Below are positions 52,236 through 63,583 of a stretch of DNA of 64,000 nucleotides, in pieces. The stretch is taken from assembly GCA_964057225.1 (NCBI GenBank), contig OZ059897.1:9734001-9798000 (forward strand), written 5' to 3'. The notes beneath the pieces were generated by a model. The model did no database searches. It saw only the letters and a program-made list of their open reading frames with translations, and had not been told where the DNA came from. The DNA is from Auanema rhodensis (taxonomy: Eukaryota; Animalia; Nematoda). Positions within the stretch are counted from its first letter, which is position 1; every line of letters starts with the position of its first letter. The position numbers were made by a program, and so were the translations under genes.

Positions 52236-52601
52236 ATGTCATCTGTTATTAACCGCTCGGTGTGGTTGAAATTATATAAAGAACTGCAATCCGAAGCTAA
52301 GAGAGTATGCTCTTTCTTATATGAAAAATGAGTAACGTCAGTTTTAGCTTCCACAATACAACTATCGTCTTTTTGCTCAACGTCGCATAAGAGATCACTT
52401 CGAGAAAAATCGTCAGGTAACCGACCCAGCTGTTCTTCAATCTTTGTTAGAGGTATATCTTAAATCTTATACCAGTTACTGATATCAGTATAGAAAGGAA
52501 AGGAAAGCCTGAATACTCTTCGCAGACAAGCCACGATCGGTCATTTGTTCCCCCATCAGCAAACTATTGTTGAATCTAAAATTTCTTTATCATCCCATTA
52601 A
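52236..52601 (+). CDS. LYRM4: LYR-motif protein 4 / ISD11 (NFS1 partner in Fe-S cluster assembly), 93 aa, 3 exons; absent from the ORF track
   Basis: Exons 52236-52304, 52348-52452 and 52494-52601 give MSSVINRSVWLKLYKELQSEAKR|LPQYNYRLFAQRRIRDHFEKNRQVTDPAVLQSLLE|KGKESLNTLRRQATIGHLFPHQQTIVESKISLSSH*. LYK (LYR variant), YNYRxxAxRRIRDxF and LRRQxxIGxL are the ISD11 signatures. Confidence 0.9.
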
Positions 52602-52612
52602 ATCTGCTCAAA

Positions 52613-53855
52613 ATGAGGGAGTGCTCGAAGTGTAAGTCGAGTGAATACACTAATAAAAATCTAGTTATGATGATCAATGAGTGTGGTCATCCTTTGTGCA
52701 AGTAAGTATTTACATTAAATGCGAGAATTAAATTATATTAATTTAGAAATTGTGTAGATAATCTTTTTGCCCGTAACGCAGGCCCATGCCATATGTGTGG
52801 GAGAACTTTAAAAAAAAATAATTTTTGGGAACAGATTTTCGACGATCCTATAATTGAAAAAGAAAACCATATTCGTAAACGCCTGAAAAAGGTACTCTAT
52901 TCTTTTCTCGTTTGGTTTTCTCATTGTTGATTATTATTTTAGATTTACAACCTGAAGCTAGAAGACTTCCCTTCTCTTCGTGACTTCAATGATTATTTGG
53001 AAAGGTAAGTTAGTTTTATTTTTCAAAAGAATACATTCATTTCAGGTTTGAACATATTGTTTTTAATTTGACTGAAGAGATTGATGTTGAACAAACTGAA
53101 GCAGAAGTTAATGCCTTCCGTGAGGGAAACTCTGAGCTCATTGAAAGAAATAGAAGAAAGTTTGTTTAGTATTTACAGAATTTCACTCTATCCATATATT
53201 CAGGAATGATGGTGATACTCTGTGGGTTTTGGAAAATCTTAAAGAAGAACGAGATATGAAAAACCGCATGTCTACTGTTCATCAACAAGAAAACGTTTAT
53301 AAAAATACTTTTTTTTTAGTATTAAATGTCCGGTTTCAGAAAGAAGTTGAGCTTACTGCTGTTCGTGATACTAAGGCTATTATCGACGAGATCAAAGATT
53401 CTGATGTGCCTGCTGAAGTTATTCTTGATCGAGAAAGAAAACGTCAGATTGAAATTGATATGGAAGAAAAGGAGAAAGCCGCTGATCGCAAGCGTAGACA
53501 GAAAGGTAGTATTGTTATATATCTCGATCAACCGTATCTCTCATCTTTTCCAGAAGCTCAAAGTCACAGAAGACCTGCCGAATTATCATTTGGACATCAA
53601 GCTCAGAGAGTTCCCGGTCGATCCTACGAATATTGTCCTATACGTCTTGTATACAACGGTCCTCCACTCATTCATCGCGATATACTAGAATCTAAGGGAT
53701 ATCTTTCTCATATCAAAGCACCCAGCAAAGTTAGTTTCAGCGTTGTTAAAATATTTATTATGAATTTGTAGCATCGTCTTGCTGGTGGTTACACAGCTCA
53801 TATGGGCCTAGAACGAGCACTTTTCGAGAGCAGAGTAGATCTTTTATCTTTTTAG
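52613..53855 (+). CDS. mnat-1: CDK-activating kinase assembly factor MAT1 (TFIIH/CAK)
   Basis: N-terminal C3HC4 RING MRECSKCK...NECGHPLCK|NCVDNLF...GPCHMCGRTL, then FDDPIIEKENHIRKR, DFPSLRDFNDYLE, and C-terminal LAGGYT...RALFES; TAG 53853-53855. Confidence 0.96.
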
Positions 53856-53969
53856 ATGTTAACCTTTTTCATAAATATTTTCCCGTATTTTGTTATTTTA
53901 TCATACATGTTTTGAGCAATGCGATATTTCAACCTATTGTCGAATATGAAACTCACTTTGTTCATATAG
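53856..53969 (+). promoter_or_regulatory. Operon-type intercistronic region (variant poly(A) signal CATAAA, U-rich tract, candidate trans-splice acceptor ending at 53969)
   Basis: Same-strand genes with the MAT1 stop and the transportin-SR ATG 138 nt apart; CATAAA at ~53870; T-rich tract; ttgttcatatAG acceptor. This fits the ~100-nt spacing of SL2-type nematode operons. Confidence 0.6.
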
Positions 53970-53993
53970 GCTCCACGGGTTCATGATAGAGTG

Positions 53994-56900
53994 ATGTCTG
54001 ACATAGAAGAAGCTTATAAGTATATAGAAATATTTTACAATGGTAATGACCCATCAGGACGAACTGAAGGTCAGCGATGGTTAACCGAATTTTCCAATTC
54101 CGTAAGCTCTTTTATAATTAGCAGATTGGGACCGTCATATTATTTTAGCTTCAAGCATGGACAATATGTGATCGTATTTTACATGATAGAAAGAGTAATC
54201 TGCATTGTTGGGTTGCTGCCCAAACAATTCGACAGAAAATTCTGAAATCACTTAAGGAAATTCCAGAAGAAAGTTTCTTGTCTCTTAGAGAATCATTAAT
54301 TAATCATATTGGGTGAATAGTGTTTATGTTTACAAATTGGAACTCTAGCTTTCAGTTATTTCCATTCGGCCACTGGTAGTGATCAAATTGAATCCATTGT
54401 TACCCAACTTTGTCTGGCTATTGCTGATTTGTACATTCAAGTTCCATCCTGGAATAATTGGATAGTTGAATTTCTTCAAAGGTTTGTATAGCTTATATCC
54501 CGGTTTTTGAATGTACTTTATAGATGCAATAACTTCGAAGGGGATCAAACAAAAATGATGTTAACGTTGCTTAAAGTTTTTCCAGAAGAAGTTCAAGAAA
54601 TAAGAGTGGGTGATAATCGAAGAAAAGTTATACAGGACGAACTAGCGAGCAGTGCTCCTCATGTTATTGAATATTTGGTGATATTATTTATTTGTTTGCT
54701 GTTTTAACCTATGTTTGTGTAGACTACTTTACTCAGCCATAATCCAAATCAGGATACATTTAAAAGAATATATAGCTGCTTAGGAGCCTACCTGGGTAAC
54801 CCCGCTATGTCGACTGATACATTCGTCAACAGTCCTTTGCTTCAAACAGCTTTTGTCATTATAGTGAGTTTATTGATCATTATTCTATTATATTGTTTCG
54901 AAAAATTTAAGGCTATGCCTAATGTCAGTACCACATTACACGACACGGTCACAGAATGTATTGTACAAGCAACTTTGTTAGCTGATAACTATTGTGATCA
55001 TTTGGCATTAGCACATTCTCTTCAAAAATCAATCTTCAGTTTAGCTGAACCTTTCAATGTAGCCGTAAGCTTAGAAGAATTTGGAAAGTAATATTTTTGT
55101 TTTTTTTATATCATTTAGTTTATATGTTTAAGATTGCAAAATTTTGCCCGTTTATTCTGTGAATTAACGGAAACTTTATTGGAAAAAATTGTAAACGAAA
55201 CATCTGATAATATAGATGATTTGGGCAGTTTACATTCTTTAGATTTATTATTGTTATTAGCTGGTCATCATGATTATGCGGTATTATCATTTATAATATA
55301 TAGCATTCATGTTAATTAATTTAGCTTATTGAACGAACATTTAACGTTTGGTATAGGATATCAGAAGCCTTATTCATGATTGAAGATGATTGCCATATTG
55401 GTAAATTCCGTCCATATATCAATAGGTATCTGACAAGTATTATATTGCATTACATGTCTCTATTATTAGATATATTTCTACCTTGTACCGTCACTCGAGA
55501 TTTGATACCGATGAGGAAGGGTTACCAGATGAAAATTCTGATTTTATGGAGTTTCGAGCAAAAGTATTTTTCCTTTTTTTTTATGTGTTGATTATAACTT
55601 TTTCTAGGTATCGGAAACACTGAAGGATGTTGTCTATATTGTTGGAACAGATACGGCTGTTCGTAATGTATGCTTGTTTCATAACATTGAATTTGCTTCA
55701 TGAAATAATTGTAGATGTGTGATATTCTGACATCTTGTTCAAATGGAACTTGGGATGAAATGGAATCAGCCCTCTTCTTGATTAGCAGCGTAGTTCATAA
55801 TCTTGTTCCGTAAGATATTTAAGAGTATATGCTATTTAACATATTATTTCAGGGAAGAGGATTCAGTTCTTCCTCAACTGATGACTTCGATAACGAATCT
55901 ACCATCTAATTCCCATCCTATTCTATTTGCTACTTCTATTAAGTTATTGGGCGCTTGCAATGAATGGCTTAGTAAGCATTCAGAGTACGTGGGTAAGTTG
56001 CATGTTAGCTGATTGGTTTAATTTATATGTTAAAATATCCTAAATTCAGTTGTTTTATAGCGCTACTGTAATTTGTATTTTTATAGAAGTTGTTGTCAAT
56101 TGGCTGGGCTCACTGATAAATAATCCATTATTTGCCCCTATTTGTGCTGAAGCTATCTATGAGGTTTTCGAGTTTATTTTTTGTTATTTAATAATTAATT
56201 TTTTAGATATCTTTAAAATGCCACAAGCAGATGATGGGCCATCTGCCTAGCCTGGTGGCGATTATTCCTGCACTTGAAAGTCATCCATCACATGGAAAGA
56301 AGATTGAAAAAGCTGTGTGTGAACTTTTAAAAAGTAAGTTTTTCTTTTTTATTTGTTTTTATTACGATATTGTAGCTATTTGTATGATTATTCCTAACCT
56401 ACACCCTGATGAAATATCCATGCGAATTGGTGTTATGTGCAAGCCTATTATCGAAAGACTTCTTGGGGTAGACAACTTTATTTGTTCATTTATTTTCAAT
56501 TATTTTAATTTTGTAGATCATTGCGAATTCTAACAATCCTGCCAATAATGAAAATGATAAACGGAACGATTCATGGATTCGTATATCTCAAGATCCAATT
56601 CTGTGGCTGAATCGTATTGCTATTGTTTTCAAAGATGTTCCTCCTTGGCAGGTATTTTAGAGGCTTCTTGTTCACGCTTTATAAATGCTGTTTAGAAACT
56701 CAATAATAATCCTACTATACCTGCCCCGTGGTTGGAAACATCCCATGCTCTATTCGATGTTGTATCTGCAACGCTTAATCATTACAAGCATAAAACTAGA
56801 GTTACTGAATATTGTTGTAGAGCTTTGAGGTAATAACATCAGCATGAATCCTTTAGTATAGTTCCTTCAATAGGTATATTATTCGTTCACTTGGTTTGCA

Positions 56901-57965
56901 ATCACAAGCTTTTATTGGCCGAATGCTAGCACAGGTATATCACGCGGTATTTTGGTTAATTTATCATTCGCTACAGATCCTCGAAATTTATGAAGTTCAA
57001 CCTCACTCTTGTCTACTGTATTTGGCGTCAATTTTAGTTGATGAATATGGAGAATTACCGGAATCTAGAGATGTTCTAATACGAATGCTTGAGGTTTGCT
57101 TCTGAAAGTATATGTATATAATTTTGTCTATTAAAGGTGTTAGCCCAGCAAACTTTTGCCTTCCTAACGAAAGAAAATAACGTGAAATCGATGATGAAAC
57201 ATAATCCTGGATCCATTGATGACTTTTTCCGATTGGCTGATAGGTAACTTTGTATCAGAATGTCATATTAGTTATAAGTAACTTTAAGATTTATTGAAAG
57301 ATGCCCATCTCATCTTTTTGTCAGTCCTGTTGTGGATTCTATCGTTGACTGTGCAGTGGTAGCATTGGAAATCGATCACGACGAGGCTACGGGAACTGTC
57401 ACAAAGTTCATCAGCAACATAATTCGGCAATTAATCTCTGCCAGAAATGTTCGTTTACCGTTCATCATTCTTATTACTTTATGACAAGTATTTTGTTCTA
57501 AGGTTAATTGCTGTTTAATGTTACTTTGGATCTAATTTTAGAGACAATATAGCGACCCTGCTGTAGAAGCTGCTCATCGTCTATTTCATGCAAAGGGATC
57601 CACGATTATGACATCTAGCTTGAATTCCGCCTTATTTCATGTTTCAAGGAATTTAAGAAGGAATATGGCTGAAATAATCTATTGGATTGGCAAATATGAT
57701 CCTGTGGTAAATATTTTTTATCGAAACTCTTATATACAGATTTTTTAGGCTCAAAGGAAATGGTTAGAAGAGGCAACAGCTCAGTTACCGAGAGGAGGAT
57801 TAGCTGCAACAGATGAACAATTGATACAATTCGTTAAAAATGTTACTGCAAAGTATGGTTTTGGTCTTAATGTTTCAAATATTTTTTTTTTGTTTCAGTC
57901 CAACAGAAGGGTCATCCAAGGATGTTCTCAGAAACATTCGCGATTTACTTGAATTATATAATTAA
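53994..57965 (+). CDS. tsr-1: Transportin-SR / transportin-3 (importin-beta family)
   Basis: QRWLTEFSNS|LQAWTICD, AAQTIRQKI, SLRESL, IVTQLCLAIADLYIQVPSW, LKVFPEEV, TFNVWYRISE, FRAK|VSETLKDVVYIVG, WDEMESALF, DPILWLNRIA, EYCCRALR|YIIRSLG, HSCLLYLASILVDEYG and NPGSIDDFFRL; >20 short introns; TAA 57963-57965. Confidence 0.95.
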
Positions 57966-58277
57966 TTTTGTATTAGGATTTTATAAATTTATCCGGTTTC
58001 AAGAGGTCACAGGTTTTGAATTGTTTTGTTTTTAGGATGCTTGTTGTGTTTTGCAGTTTTAAAGCTAATTTGTGTTTAAATGGATCTTAATTTACGGCTA
58101 ATGTATGTATTAACTTAAAAAGTGGTGTTAATTCCGGTTAAGGAATCTATCAGTACAGTTTTTATCTTTTGGCGTGTACCGTACCCCCTAATAAGGTACA
58201 TTTTGTAATTAATACAATGAGAGAGAATTGCTTTGTTGTTATGCTAATTATATAAATTATACAATATTTATTTTTTA

Positions 58278-60165
58278 TTACACAATACACTTGAACCTTT
58301 CAAAGGCTGCTTTTTCCAAAGACTCCCGATCGTCAGGATGAGCGATGTTTATAAGTTCACGGGCTCTTTCTCTCACATTTTTGCCCCAAAGGCTCGCCAC
58401 GCCGTACTCTGTTACCACATAGTTGACGTGCCCTCTAGTTGTCACAACTCCTGCACCCTAAATGAATGATTGGGCCTAGATAGCGAATAACTTTTGATAC
58501 CTGAGAAAGGAATGGTACTATTTTTGATTTGTTTTTGTTCGTCCTGGATGTTAAGGCAATTATAGCTTTTCCTTTGTTATCAGTAGCGATTGAAGATCCA
58601 AAAATGAAATCTACCTGACCACCAAATCCTAAAATAGTAAGTTAAATTATTTTATCTTATTTTATCGAACCTGAGTAAAAATTGGATCCAATCGAATCCG
58701 ATACGATTTGGCCTGTTAAATCAATTTCCAAACAAGAGTTAATACAAGTCATTTTTGAGTTCTGTCTGACGATATCAACGTGATTAGTCCAACCACAAGA
58801 TTCGAAATCTAAAATGTCCATGTTCAGCAATATTTAGCAGAAAACTCACAGAATACTGGATTATTCGTCAATAACTCATAGAATTTTTCAGTTCCGAATG
58901 CAAAGCTCGTTACACACTTAATGAAAATACGGTGATTTCAGAAACAAAGATAGCTTTACCTTTCCAGGTAAAACGGTCTTTTTAGAATTATTAATAACTC
59001 CTGTTGCAATTAAGTCTATCACTCCGTCACTAACAAGCTCAGTATGAATTCCAAGATTTTTGTGATTGTGCATAGCAGCTAATGTTGAATCAGGAATAGC
59101 CCCAATCCCTGAGATACAAATTTTAAAATTCAGAACTAATCATCTATTACCTAATTGTAAAGTGGCGCCATTGTCAACTAAATTTTCAGCAATTATTTCG
59201 CCAATCTTCTTTTCATTCTAAGAGAGATAATTTGATCACTATTTATAAGAGAAAAAACCTTACTTCCGACGGTGGTATGTCATCTTTTTTAGAATATATT
59301 GGTCTATCTGTGTGTACAAAATAATCTATATGAGAGCTATGTATCAATCCAGCTCCGTAAGTAGATGGCATTGTTGGATTGATAATAGCTTCAAATGAAT
59401 AGGACGTAAATCTGATTAGCTTATTCTATTCATACCCACTATTTTTTTCGCAAATGAAGCAGCTGCGAATGAACAATCTACATCTACACCTAGAGTGCAA
59501 AATCCTCTAGCGTCTAGAAATAATTATTACTAAATATATTCTCTTCAAGAGTTTTCATACCTGGAGGACTAACAGAAATAAAGGCTACATCAACAGGAAC
59601 CCGTCCAGACTCAAATAAACGAGGAATATCCGATAGGAAAACAGGTACATAATCAGCGTACCCTTAACATGTAGTCATTAGCAGTATTCTTTAAAAAACA
59701 TTTTAATAGCCTTACCGGCGTTCACAAGTTTTCGTAGATTTCCATCAATGAACAGACAATTAGAACGCATTTTGCCTTAACCAGAAACATTAAATTTAAC
59801 AATGGGCTTGTGTCCATTAACCCCAGAATTTCTCTTGGACCCACGGAATTGGTCCTTGAAGAATTATATGACTTAAACCGATACTGTTCAAGTTTTTCTC
59901 TTCGACATGATCGCACAGGGCGTTCATAAGTTCTGTTGGAGTAGAAGCATGGGAATGAATATAGATATCAGTATCTGACAAATTGATTGTTATGATACAA
60001 CCTTAATTGATTAAACTAACTCGATTTAATGAAAGAAACTGCTTCATGCGCTGAAACAATGCGAGGTAAAGGAGCTCCATTGACAGGATTGGCTAAAAGA
60101 CGACCAACCGATCGTGGAGAAACTGCACTATAAGACCGTTTGATGAAAAACCCAAGTGATGACAT
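58278..60165 (-). CDS. acer-1: Acetyl-CoA hydrolase/CoA-transferase (acetate:succinate CoA-transferase, family I), predicted mitochondrial
   Basis: Basic, Ser-rich N-terminus MSSLGFFIKRSYSAVSPRSVGR; DYVPVFLSDIP; VSPPD..GFCTLG; TLQLGIGAIP; GIHTELVSDG (catalytic Glu region); EIDLTGQIVSDSIG; SGFGGQVDF; GAGVVTTRGHVNYVVTEYG; IAHPDDRE; TAA 58280-58278. Confidence 0.95.
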
Positions 60166-63100
60166 CTAGAAGAGAAGAAGAATAAGCAAGAGCTTATGAA
60201 TGTGAAAAAAAATGAACATATCAAACAACATGAAAACAATTTGATAACTTATCACACAGGGTCCATAGAACCAACCGGTGATTTTGTTGCGAACCGTTAG
60301 ATAAGGAAGCTTATATTCTTAACAAACAATTCATCGCTTCATTAAACGATTAGTTGACTTTTAAAATAAGAAAATACGTTCACAACATTTCAAAATAACG
60401 TGAGCTTAAGTTTTCAAAGAATATAATGACAGCTTTGATGCTATTGGAAAGACTATTAAACAAACTGAAAAACATCAATATCAGCCAAATGGATGCTTTG
60501 TGGTGATATGTATTTGGTCAGTTGTCTCAGGTCATACTACGAAAAGATGAATCAAGATTAAACTTGTTTAATATGAATCATAAATGATATGCGAATTTAA
60601 ATTATGAAAGTAATGATCTTATAATAAAGCTAATGGTTTTAACAACTAATCGAATTGATCGAACTAACTGACCTTTTCTTCCGATACTATTAAACACTGA
60701 CAAAGATGTTGAAAAGAACATTAGACCTACATCACATACGTATTTCGATTACCGAAAAGTCAAAAAGCATATATAATATTTGTTATTTCACCACCGTAAG
60801 TAAATCTGCACTAAATCAAACCAAAGTGGAAATTTTTGTTTACAGATTTTCGTAATGAATGATAAATCAGCAAAGAGAAACAAAATCCTAGCGGTTACAG
60901 ATTTTGAATTTAATAGTCATATTCGGACACAAGATAGTTGTCTACACTACATAAATCATTGAACAGTTTGATCATTCAGAGCAAATTGAAAATATTCAGA
61001 TATCATCGAAAAGTCATATGTACTCAGTCGATAACTCCGTTCACTTCACTTGTTATTCCCAGTTATTCAATCAATAATCTATACTTCATAGTTTACCATT
61101 TGCATATATTCCGTATCTATTCAAGTTTTCTATTGTGCACGTGTGGCGCATGTGTCATCCATGTGATGGGCGTCGTAACATATTGTGAAAGCAAAAGATG
61201 TTTGACCCGGTTGATCTTAAGCTGAAATAGATAAATTTTCTTATGATCCAAATACATATTATAACATGAAAAACATATCTGCTAACTACATTTCTATTAT
61301 GAACTTTTGATTGGTCTTCCATATTTCATTAAGAGAAGTGTTACTACAATGAGAATTAGACAACAATAAAACTGTTGTAAAGCTCCTTTCACAGTGATGT
61401 TTGATTATCTTTTTGTTAAATTGTTTACGAAATATTGAGATAGTGTAAAATACATTTTAACTCCATTCCAGTAGAGAATAAGCATAATATAATATATTGA
61501 AACGATAACTTGATAACCACTTAATATTCTCTATGGAATATATGAAAATTTGTTTATTTATTTATACTATATATATTTTATAAGTTCCATATCTATACTA
61601 TACTATAAGAATTATGGAGCAGAGAATTCAAATCAAAACAAAGTAGTTATTTACTTCGGGATTAAAGGAATGCAACACTCTGTTTGTATACCAAAGTACA
61701 ATTGTATAACATTTTTGTCAAAAAAACTACAACACAATACAATCAGTTTCTTTATTCTTCAGGAATCTTTTGTGCTACATCAACATCTACGTGTTACTAA
61801 CAAACAAGGACACGAGAAAAACCCCTCTGGGCATTGTTTCTATACCTGTGCTTTTTAGTGGAACAAAGAATCTTTGTGATAAAGAAGATCAATGTTACCT
61901 GTTATTTAGCTAATATATCGTTTATACTTTTGGTTTATCACTTAAAACAATAAGTGAGTGGTTCTTTCTTAAAAAATTTTCTTTGAAATATTGAAAAATA
62001 CGGGAAAATCAGAAGAATGTAAACAGATCCGAGGTTTTCATTATCAGAAAACGCTCAATGTTCATGTCCTTTTTCTAATTTTTTTCTCTATTAGGTACAT
62101 GACGCACCCGGGTTGCACCCGTAGGCCTATTACATCGTGATCTCTTCTTATGTCTTATGTCAAAGTTGGAAAATATGACCAGTTATGATTTTTTCAATCA
62201 GTAAATTTGATAATATGATGATGATAAAGAACAAAGTTTTTTAATAGAACAAGGAAGATAAACAATATTTTTATAGTGTTCAACTTTTCACAATAATACC
62301 TTAATTCAACACAAAAAAAGGGAAAATTTTGATCTTTATATATGAATTTGGTCAACGGTAGCATTCAATCAAGCGTGGCGATATTAAGTAGTTACACTAT
62401 CAACACTAGTCTTTTGGGGGGTTGTAGTTTCTGTCATGTTGTGTTCAGTACAAACGTTGAGATTAAGCATTAACTTAATGGCTATTGAAAACTTAAAACT
62501 ACATGATCTTTCACATTATCATTTAGTTTAATATGTGATGTTAAAAAAGTTTGTAATCATTGTCGGAAATAAATGTTTCTAATGTACTTTCGAAATGAAG
62601 CTTCTAAAAATAGTTTTTCTGCAGATATCATTTTTGAAAGACTACTATTCTCTTTTTGATCTTATTAAGGCAGTAGAAATTAGTGGTGATTGCTTGGTCT
62701 TCCGTAGAGGTCATTACATCATCATCGAGGTACCTTTTCAAGTTTATAATCGTCATTCACGTGAATAAGCACGGAAAACAAAAAAATCTTGTTCAATTTT
62801 TTTCGACAGGAAACTAACAAATAATTATGAAAGTTTGTTCAGAAGATATTATATATTGAATAGTTAGAGCCGTTTAATTTTCCTTTTAGTACGCTCAGAC
62901 GCTATCATTAGGAGAAAAGAAATAAGAAATCTCGATTTTTCGGAACAAGGCTACATTTTACTTAACCGTGATTACCCTCAGTTTTTTTTGATTTCTTTGA
63001 ATTCAATTCACGTGATTACATCGTGGGCCAAAATTTCCTTGCAAATCTGGTACCATTAGTGTTCGCTCTACAAAAGCCGGGCTTTCTCTAACATACTCTC

Positions 63101-63217
63101 TGTTCTTGCATCGTCACGGTAGACCCTTCACTACAACAATTTCAGCTCCACCCCATACAACTGCAGCCAATTCTATCAACTGTTTGATCCCAGCTGTGGC
63201 CCCTCCCAAAGAAGTGA

Positions 63218-63226
63218 GTATAAAAG
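63218..63226 (+). promoter_or_regulatory. TATA box (GTATAAAAG) of the small secreted-peptide gene
   Basis: Matches the nematode GTATA(A/T)(A/T)AG TATA consensus ~70 nt upstream of ATG 63293. Confidence 0.65.
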
Positions 63227-63292
63227 GAACTGAGAAATTACATTATTCAAGCAGTACTCTGTCCAATATTTCAAAATTTGTAACTATATAAT

Positions 63293-63583
63293 ATGGCTGT
63301 CATGAAGCTTTTTCTGTTATTTATTATCTTCTCTGTTGTTGCTGCCCGATGGATTCCATATAAACAACTTCAAGCATTGAGAGCAAATCTGGACGATGAC
63401 GATTATGATTCTGACAGGTAAATATTAAACATTTCTAAATTTTTATTCATCTATATTCTTTCCAGTCGAGCTGTTTCGGAAAATGTTGATCTGGACACAG
63501 TTGACCAAGCATCATATGATAGGATGCGTAACGCCCTACACTCCATACACGCCCGAGTTGGGGCTATCGGCTTCTCCAAGTAA
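63293..63583 (+). CDS. 80-aa secreted protein, neuropeptide-precursor-like; absent from the ORF track
   Basis: Exons 63293-63417 and 63466-63583 (ag|GTAAAT...TTCCAG) give MAVMKLFLLFIIFSVVAARWIPYKQLQALRANLDDDDYDSDSRAVSENVDLDTVDQASYDRMRNALHSIHARVGAIGFSK*. Signal peptide, acidic spacer, upstream TATA, and AATAAA at 63674-63679. Confidence 0.8.

Noticed and set aside
52417-52452. Strong-looking donor CAG|GTAACC inside LYRM4 exon 2
   Set aside because: Using it deletes 12 residues (VTDPAVLQSLLE) that align with the conserved ISD11 helix region, so the downstream donor at 52453 is preferred. A minor isoform is not excluded.
52599-52615. LYRM4-MAT1 fusion by stop-codon read-through
   Set aside because: The 11-nt spacer puts the ORFs in different frames, and MAT1 has its normal RING-first N-terminus.
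62104-62140. cacccgtaggcc..., beginning with the miR-51/miR-100 family seed, in a small GC-rich patch with a gcacccg repeat
   Set aside because: Only a 5-bp stem with a 3-nt loop can form, which is not a pre-miRNA. More likely a cis-element.
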